NCBI GenBank assembly: GCA_902619265.1
Contig: CACNDL010000004.1
Span: forward strand, 2,513 to 66,512
DNA length: 64,000 bases
DNA from: an uncultured SAR86 cluster bacterium
GTDB taxonomy: Bacteria > Pseudomonadota > Gammaproteobacteria > Magnimaribacterales > TMED112
Direction: 5' to 3'
Shown here piece by piece: positions 58,510-64,000 of the stretch. Positions within the stretch are counted from its first letter, which is position 1, and every line of letters begins with the position of its first letter. The notes under the pieces are model-generated. The model worked only from the letters and a program-made list of their open reading frames with translations, was not told the origin of the DNA and ran no database searches. The translations under genes were made by a program, and so were the position numbers.

Positions 58510-59533
58510 CTTCATCCTCCTGTTTTTTGATAAGTTGGTCTAGCGGAAGATATAGTAAATTATTGCCTCCCTCGACATCTATCATGACTTTTGTACTTGA
58601 AGAAAGCACCTCCTCAAGTGCATCTATATACAATCTCTCTCTAGTGACTTCCGGTGCTTTGTCATACTCAACTAAAAGTGCTTTGAATCTTTCAGCTTCA
58701 CCTTCAGCTACCGCAATTACTTTTTGTTTATAGGCTTCAGCGTCTTGGAGTTGTCTCTGGGCTTCTCCCCTAGCCTGTGGGACAATTGATAACTCATATT
58801 TTTCAGCTTCGTTTCTTAATCTTTCTTTGTCTTCCCTTGCTGCCACCACATCTCTGAAAGAGTCAATTACCTCTGCTGGTGGTTGTCTTTGCTCGATATT
58901 AACTTGTTGAACTGATATACCAGCATCATAAATATCTAAATATTCTTCAAGCCTGAGTAATATACCTGAACTTATTGCTGCTGCACCAGATGTAAGCAAG
59001 TTGTCCATATTATTTTCACCAACAACATGCCTTAGTGCACTCTCAGTTGCTTGCCTTATTGTTATTTCAGGATCTTCAACATTCAATGAGTATTTTACCA
59101 AATCACTGATCGTATACTGAACGTTAAGCTCGATATCGACGATGTTTTCATCTCTAGTTAACATATTTGTTGGCAATACAAATGTTCTAATCTTTGATAC
59201 ATTCTCCTCAGCATAAATTTCTTCAACTACTGGAAAATGAAACTGCAAACCAGGACCAAGAACTCTATTATATTTTCCTAGAGTAAGCACGACTAACCTG
59301 TCAGCCTCATTTACTATTCTTATTCCGAGAAAAACGTAAAGTACAAGCAAGCCCATTAGAAGATATGAGAAAAACTTGAAGTCAAACTTAAAGCTTGCGC
59401 CTCCCCCTTTGGAGCCGCCTCCGCTTGAATTACCAGAAAAAAACATTTTTCTTAGTTGTTTAATTGCATCATCTAAATCTGGGGGTGAATTTTTTCTGCC
59501 CCAAGGATCATTGTCATTTGGATTCCAACTCAT
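58502..59533 (-). CDS. hflK: Protease modulator HflK
   Basis: DPWG..PPDLD, MLTRDENIV, APEVTRERLY, LLYLPLD. Confidence 0.94.
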   Translation of the reverse strand: MSWNPNDNDPWGRKNSPPDLDDAIKQLRKMFFSGNSSGGGSKGGGASFKFDFKFFSYLLMGLLVLYVFLGIRIVNEADRLVVLTLGKYNRVLGPGLQFHFPVVEEIYAEENVSKIRTFVLPTNMLTRDENIVDIELNVQYTISDLVKYSLNVEDPEITIRQATESALRHVVGENNMDNLLTSGAAAISSGILLRLEEYLDIYDAGISVQQVNIEQRQPPAEVIDSFRDVVAAREDKERLRNEAEKYELSIVPQARGEAQRQLQDAEAYKQKVIAVAEGEAERFKALLVEYDKAPEVTRERLYIDALEEVLSSSTKVMIDVEGGNNLLYLPLDQLIKKQEDEDE

Positions 59534-60481
59534 TTATTTAAGCTCCTTAAGATAAGTTTCTATTGTATCAGAAAAAAACGTTGATTCATTTTGATTTTTA
59601 CCAATATTAGTTAATGAAATATCAAATTTTTTCATCCATGTTTGTTGCGTCTTAACCAATTTCTTTGTTGCACTTAATGCATCTAGGAAAGCTTCTTCAA
59701 GGTTTATTGAGCCTTCTACATATGGAAAAAATTGTTTGTAATTTATTGAGTTCATACTATGTGATTCTGAAGTTAATTTATAGGTATTTATTAATTTCTC
59801 AAGTTCATTTACTAAACCGTCTTCAATAATACTCCTCAATCTTTTCTCAACACTTATATCAAGATTATTTTTAGAGTCATTCATTCCTAGAATTAAGCAA
59901 TTTTCACTATTTAAGAATTTTTTGGATGGTTCTTTTTTTAATAAAGAGAGTTTTGTTTTAGTTAGTTTGATAATTTCTAGTGCTCTTTGCACACGCCTCG
60001 GATTTTTCTTGTCAATCAATTGGAAAGTTTCAGGATCTAACAACTCCAGCTCATTTAGGAGAAGCTGATAACCTTTATTTCTTCTTATGTGGTCAATTTC
60101 TTCTCTCAAACTATCATCACGCGGAAAATCATGTATTCCATCAAATAGCACTTTATGAAACATCATAGTGCCGCCAACAAATAATGGAATTTTTTTATTT
60201 TGAATTATTGTTTGAATCGCAGAGTCTACGTATCTAATAAAAATACCGACATCAAATTCAGCATCAGGTTGAAGTATATCTATTAAATGATGAGGAACAT
60301 TTTCAAGATTTTGCAATGAAGGTTTGCAAGTGCCTATGTTCATTTCCTTAAATACCATGGCGCTATCAACACTTATAATTTCTAGTGAGAATTCTTTAGC
60401 TAATCTTAATGAAGTCTCTGTTTTACCAGAAGCAGTTGGGCCAATTAGAAAAATTGCAGGAGTTTGGAATTTATACGTCAT
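59534..60481 (-). CDS. miaA: tRNA dimethylallyltransferase
   Basis: GPTASGKT, ISVDS, IGTCKP, VGGTM. Confidence 0.93.
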   Translation of the reverse strand: MTYKFQTPAIFLIGPTASGKTETSLRLAKEFSLEIISVDSAMVFKEMNIGTCKPSLQNLENVPHHLIDILQPDAEFDVGIFIRYVDSAIQTIIQNKKIPLFVGGTMMFHKVLFDGIHDFPRDDSLREEIDHIRRNKGYQLLLNELELLDPETFQLIDKKNPRRVQRALEIIKLTKTKLSLLKKEPSKKFLNSENCLILGMNDSKNNLDISVEKRLRSIIEDGLVNELEKLINTYKLTSESHSMNSINYKQFFPYVEGSINLEEAFLDALSATKKLVKTQQTWMKKFDISLTNIGKNQNESTFFSDTIETYLKELK

Positions 60482-61703
60482 TTAATGAGTCAATTATAAG
60501 TTCATAGGAACCAGACAGATCTTCTAGTGCTTTTTGTTGTGCAAATAATTTTTCATTACGCATTACAGAATCTTTGTATTTATCAACCAAAGCTCTCAAT
60601 TGATTTTTTGTCTCAAATGTCTCAATTTGATTTGTATCACATAAATCTTTTTTCAATTGTTTGTAATTATTCAATTTAGAGCCAGTAATGCATAAAGTAT
60701 TAGCAAATATTGGTTCCATAAAATTATGACCTTTGTCAAAGATAATACTTCCAGCAACAATAGCCAGGTCTACAACAGAGTATAAATTTATAAGATCTCC
60801 CACTTCATCAAATACTGTTATAGTTTTGCCATCAATCTCTTTTATCTGGCCATAATTTTCAACATCAGAAACTTTTATTGGTTTATATCCTTTTGACTCA
60901 GCAATTTGTAAAACTTTATTGATCCTTTCAGGATGTCTTGGAGCTAAGATTAAATTTATATTGAGCCCTTCTAATGCATCGATAACGAATTCTTCTTCAC
61001 CATTATGCGAACTTCCCAAAACAATGTTTAAAACATCAGTGGCTAAAATTTTTGCATATTTTTGTTTTTTCTTTTCATCAGTTGAGTAATTCTCAGGATT
61101 AATTTTCATATTTCCCAGAAGCTTGGTATTAGATGCCCCTAGAATGTTTAATCGATTAATTGTTTCTTTTGATTGAGCTAAAAAAAGATCAATTTTTGAA
61201 AATATATATGTTGTAAAAAATTTCATTGATTTATATCTAGAAAAGCTCCTATCAGAAATTGATGTATTCAATGAAATGATTTTTGCATCCGAAGATGAGC
61301 TCAGTAAATTAGGCCAAAATTCACTTTCAAATAAAACTATTTTTTTTACACCATAATTATTAATGATTTTTTTATGGACGAAATCTAAATCGTACGGAAA
61401 TGGCAAGAATTCGATATTGGAATCACTAAAGTTTTTCTCTAATTCTGCACGGCCTGTATTGGTGGTAGAAGTTATCAATACATTATGGCCTTCATGATCT
61501 AATCTTCTTGCTAATGTTGATAATATTTTAATTTCACCGAGGCTTACTCCATGCAACCATATTGATGCTTTATCCTGTTTTGTGTTGCTATAACCTAACT
61601 TTTGTAAAATTGTTTTTAGTTTATTCTTATCTATAGTGATTAAGTCTCTTAAAATTAAAAGAGGTAATAAAAAAATATAAATTAAGTTATATAAAATAAA
61701 CAT
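60471..61703 (-). CDS. waaA: Kdo transferase
   Basis: IWLHGVSLGE, ESEFWPN, LAPRHPER, GHNFMEP. Confidence 0.9.
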   Translation of the reverse strand: MFILYNLIYIFLLPLLILRDLITIDKNKLKTILQKLGYSNTKQDKASIWLHGVSLGEIKILSTLARRLDHEGHNVLITSTTNTGRAELEKNFSDSNIEFLPFPYDLDFVHKKIINNYGVKKIVLFESEFWPNLLSSSSDAKIISLNTSISDRSFSRYKSMKFFTTYIFSKIDLFLAQSKETINRLNILGASNTKLLGNMKINPENYSTDEKKKQKYAKILATDVLNIVLGSSHNGEEEFVIDALEGLNINLILAPRHPERINKVLQIAESKGYKPIKVSDVENYGQIKEIDGKTITVFDEVGDLINLYSVVDLAIVAGSIIFDKGHNFMEPIFANTLCITGSKLNNYKQLKKDLCDTNQIETFETKNQLRALVDKYKDSVMRNEKLFAQQKALEDLSGSYELIIDSLNDV

Positions 61704-61706
61704 CAC

Positions 61707-62567
61707 ATGAATAATATCATTCTTATAGCATTAATTTCTTTTACAAAATTTCTAAGCTTTCTGCCAAGATCACTTTTTACTAATAAAAAATCTCCCATAT
61801 GGAAATTACTGGGTAGTTTAATGAAAAAAAGGAAAAAAATTATTAGAGCTAATATAAATCATTGTTTTTCTGAAAAAGATACACAGTGGCGAGAAAATCT
61901 TATTGAAAAGATTTGGCAAGATACTTTTTTAGCTTTATATGAGAATAATTTTGCTTGGAATGCTGGGCCTCAAATTAAAAATTATGACTGCAAGTTTGAA
62001 AATGAAGAAATTTTAATCAATGCTCAAAAAAACGATGAAGGAGTTCTTCTTTTATTTAGACATAGTGTTTTTTTAGAGCTATCAGCAAGACTAATTTCAG
62101 AGAAATTTCCAATTTATGGAATGGAGAGACCCAATAATAATGAAGTAATACAGAAAATTCAGCAAAGAGGTCGGCTTAAAGCAATGAAGGGCCTAACCTC
62201 TAATGCTAATGTAAACCAATTAATCGATTGGTTAAAAGAAGGGAAAACAGTTCTTTATGGTCCTGATCAAGACTATAGAAATAAAAGATCTGTTGTCTCT
62301 AAATTTTTTAATAAAAAATGTTTAACCACAACTGTTCCATATACTCTAAAAAAGGTGACAGGATGCAAATTGATTTATTTAGATTTTTATAAGACATCCA
62401 ATGGCTATAAATTTATTTTTGAAGATATATCTAATATTGCTGATTCAAAAGAAAATTTTGCTGACAAAATTAACGAAATAATTGAAAGAAGTGTAACAAA
62501 AGCACCCGAGCATTATCTATGGCACCACAGACGATTTAAATCTCAAGCTCCTGAAATATATGATTGA
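61707..62567 (+). CDS. Lipid A late acyltransferase (LpxL/HtrB family)
   Basis: NINHCF, HSVFLE (HX4E), PDQDY, PEHYLWHHRRFK. Confidence 0.85.
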   Translation: MNNIILIALISFTKFLSFLPRSLFTNKKSPIWKLLGSLMKKRKKIIRANINHCFSEKDTQWRENLIEKIWQDTFLALYENNFAWNAGPQIKNYDCKFENEEILINAQKNDEGVLLLFRHSVFLELSARLISEKFPIYGMERPNNNEVIQKIQQRGRLKAMKGLTSNANVNQLIDWLKEGKTVLYGPDQDYRNKRSVVSKFFNKKCLTTTVPYTLKKVTGCKLIYLDFYKTSNGYKFIFEDISNIADSKENFADKINEIIERSVTKAPEHYLWHHRRFKSQAPEIYD

Positions 62568-63156
62568 GAAATTTTTTAAAATAAAGGGTTTTCTTAAACA
62601 TGAGGAAGGTATTGCACTCTATGAAGCATGTAAAAATTCATTTAAGAATGGTAACTGTGTTGAAGTTGGATCTTATTGTGGAAAATCTGCATGCTACATT
62701 GGTCTTGCCTGTAAAGAAGTAGGTTCAAAGCTTTTTTCGATTGATCATCATAAAGGTTCAGAAGAGCAACAATTTGGTGAGGAGTATTTTGACGAAGAGA
62801 TTTACGATTTTTCTAAGAAACAAGTAAATACACTTCCGATTTTCTTAAAAAATATCAAAAAATTTAACCTTGAAGATCACATTGAACCGCTGGTTATGAC
62901 TTCAATTGATGCATCTTTTCAAGTCCCAGATGATTTGGATTTAATTTTTATCGATGGAAGCCACACTTTTGAATCAGCTCGAAGTGATTACATGCATTGG
63001 AGACCAAAACTTAGAACGGGTGGGATTTTAGCTATTCATGATATTTATGATACGGAAGAAGAAGGAGGCCAAGCTCCTAAAGAGATATATTTAAAAGCAT
63101 TAACTGATGGTTTTAAATTAAGAGAAAGAGTAAATAGTCTTGTATTGTTAGATTAA
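62560..63156 (+). CDS. Class I SAM-dependent methyltransferase (Methyltransf_24-like)
   Basis: KGFL, VEVGSYCGKS, IDHHKGSEEQ, FIDGSH, GGILAIHD, GGQAP. Confidence 0.85.
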   Translation: MIEKFFKIKGFLKHEEGIALYEACKNSFKNGNCVEVGSYCGKSACYIGLACKEVGSKLFSIDHHKGSEEQQFGEEYFDEEIYDFSKKQVNTLPIFLKNIKKFNLEDHIEPLVMTSIDASFQVPDDLDLIFIDGSHTFESARSDYMHWRPKLRTGGILAIHDIYDTEEEGGQAPKEIYLKALTDGFKLRERVNSLVLLD

Positions 63157-64000
63157 AATGACTTTTTCTTTACCTGTTATATCGTACAAGCAATCAGCTG
63201 CCATAATTATTGCGGCATTAGTCCAAGTTGAATCTTCTTCAGGCCAATAAACATCCAGATCATACTGATATCCAGTCGGAAAATATCCTTCTGAATTTTT
63301 ATGTTTTAGAACCTCATTAAATATTTTTTTTGCTTGTTCAGATAGTCCAATTTTATGCAGAGCCATAATACACTCTGAGGATTCGGCAAATGTTACCCAT
63401 GGTTCTTCTTCAACACATTTAATACCTAAACCCTTCACATAAAATTTATTTAAGAGCTTATCTACATCTTGTTCTGTACCACAATTACACAAAATTGGGT
63501 AATAAGAATCCATAGAGAATCTTGCCCTGCTAATACCTCCACGATCAAATTTATTGGATTTCAACTTTGTAGGTGAAATTATTGCTTCTTGATCGATGAA
63601 TTCTTCATTGTTTATCAATACACAAATCGTGTTGTATGCCCTTCTTGATAATTCAAGAGAACATGAAGATGTAATTAAAGTATCGTCAGCCAAGCCATTT
63701 TCATCTAATGCCCAATGATAAAAGCCTTCTGCATCTTTGAACTTTAGTGTTCCTTTATATATTTGGTGTATTTCAGATTTAAAAGAACTTAAATAGTTTA
63801 AATCATGATCAATATAGTACTTTTGTAGAAGTGGTAAATAAATGTATGGGGCATGGTGCGCTTCAAAATAATCTTGAGTTATTACTCCATTTTTATATTG
63901 AGATTTAACTAGTCCTTCTTGGTTAATTTTGTTTAAACAAAAATCTAAGCCCTTATTGAATGCATCCCATTCTTCATAAATAGACAATGCAATTAAACAC
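63148..64000 (-). CDS. Prenyltransferase/alpha-alpha barrel-like protein, 5' end outside window
   Basis: Frame stays open to the window edge (CLIALSIYEEW); RFSMDSYYPIL, CVEEEPWVTFAESSE, WPEEDSTWTNAA motifs. Confidence 0.6.
   Translation of the reverse strand, partial: CLIALSIYEEWDAFNKGLDFCLNKINQEGLVKSQYKNGVITQDYFEAHHAPYIYLPLLQKYYIDHDLNYLSSFKSEIHQIYKGTLKFKDAEGFYHWALDENGLADDTLITSSCSLELSRRAYNTICVLINNEEFIDQEAIISPTKLKSNKFDRGGISRARFSMDSYYPILCNCGTEQDVDKLLNKFYVKGLGIKCVEEEPWVTFAESSECIMALHKIGLSEQAKKIFNEVLKHKNSEGYFPTGYQYDLDVYWPEEDSTWTNAAIIMAADCLYDITGKEKVILI

Noticed and set aside
1-64000. CRISPR arrays, IS elements, rRNA, riboswitches (SAM before metK, FMN before rib)
   Set aside because: No spaced repeats or transposase ORFs seen, and metK and ribD have no leader space because they overlap the upstream genes.

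Overview
AT-rich, very densely packed bacterial chromosome segment with gammaproteobacterial gene order. Gaps between genes are mostly near zero and several proteins are shortened; a SAR86-like streamlined marine lineage is my inference, not a database result. About 1-10.6 kb is a surface-glycan and sulfation island interleaved with tRNA-Leu(TAA) and tRNA-Cys(GCA). It holds nucleotide-sugar enzymes, an EPS-type MarR regulator with a palindromic operator, a Wzx flippase, a sulfotransferase, CysQ, DUF2061, a 135-aa APS kinase and a 129-aa HxGH nucleotidyltransferase with Sat-like motifs. The rest is core genome: metK/ahcY, infC-rpmI-rplT-pheST, uvrC, gyrA-serC-aro-cmk-rpsA, pnt, ubiG, scpAB, an RND pump, xseB-ispA-dxs, a TonB-dependent receptor, glyA-nrdR-rib-nusB, miaA-hflKC-purA and waaA/lpxL. 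The best candidate for an undescribed system is a miniature PAPS-supply module in which the tiny HxGH protein stands in for Sat/CysDN. Other notable points are a PheRS missing two tRNA-contacting domains, tandem uORFs ahead of a TTG-start infC, leaderless-type promoters, and hfq-hflX, ihfA/ihfB, riboflavin synthase and prephenate dehydratase missing from their usual loci. No CRISPR, IS element, integrase or rRNA was seen. All product calls come from motif recognition by eye.
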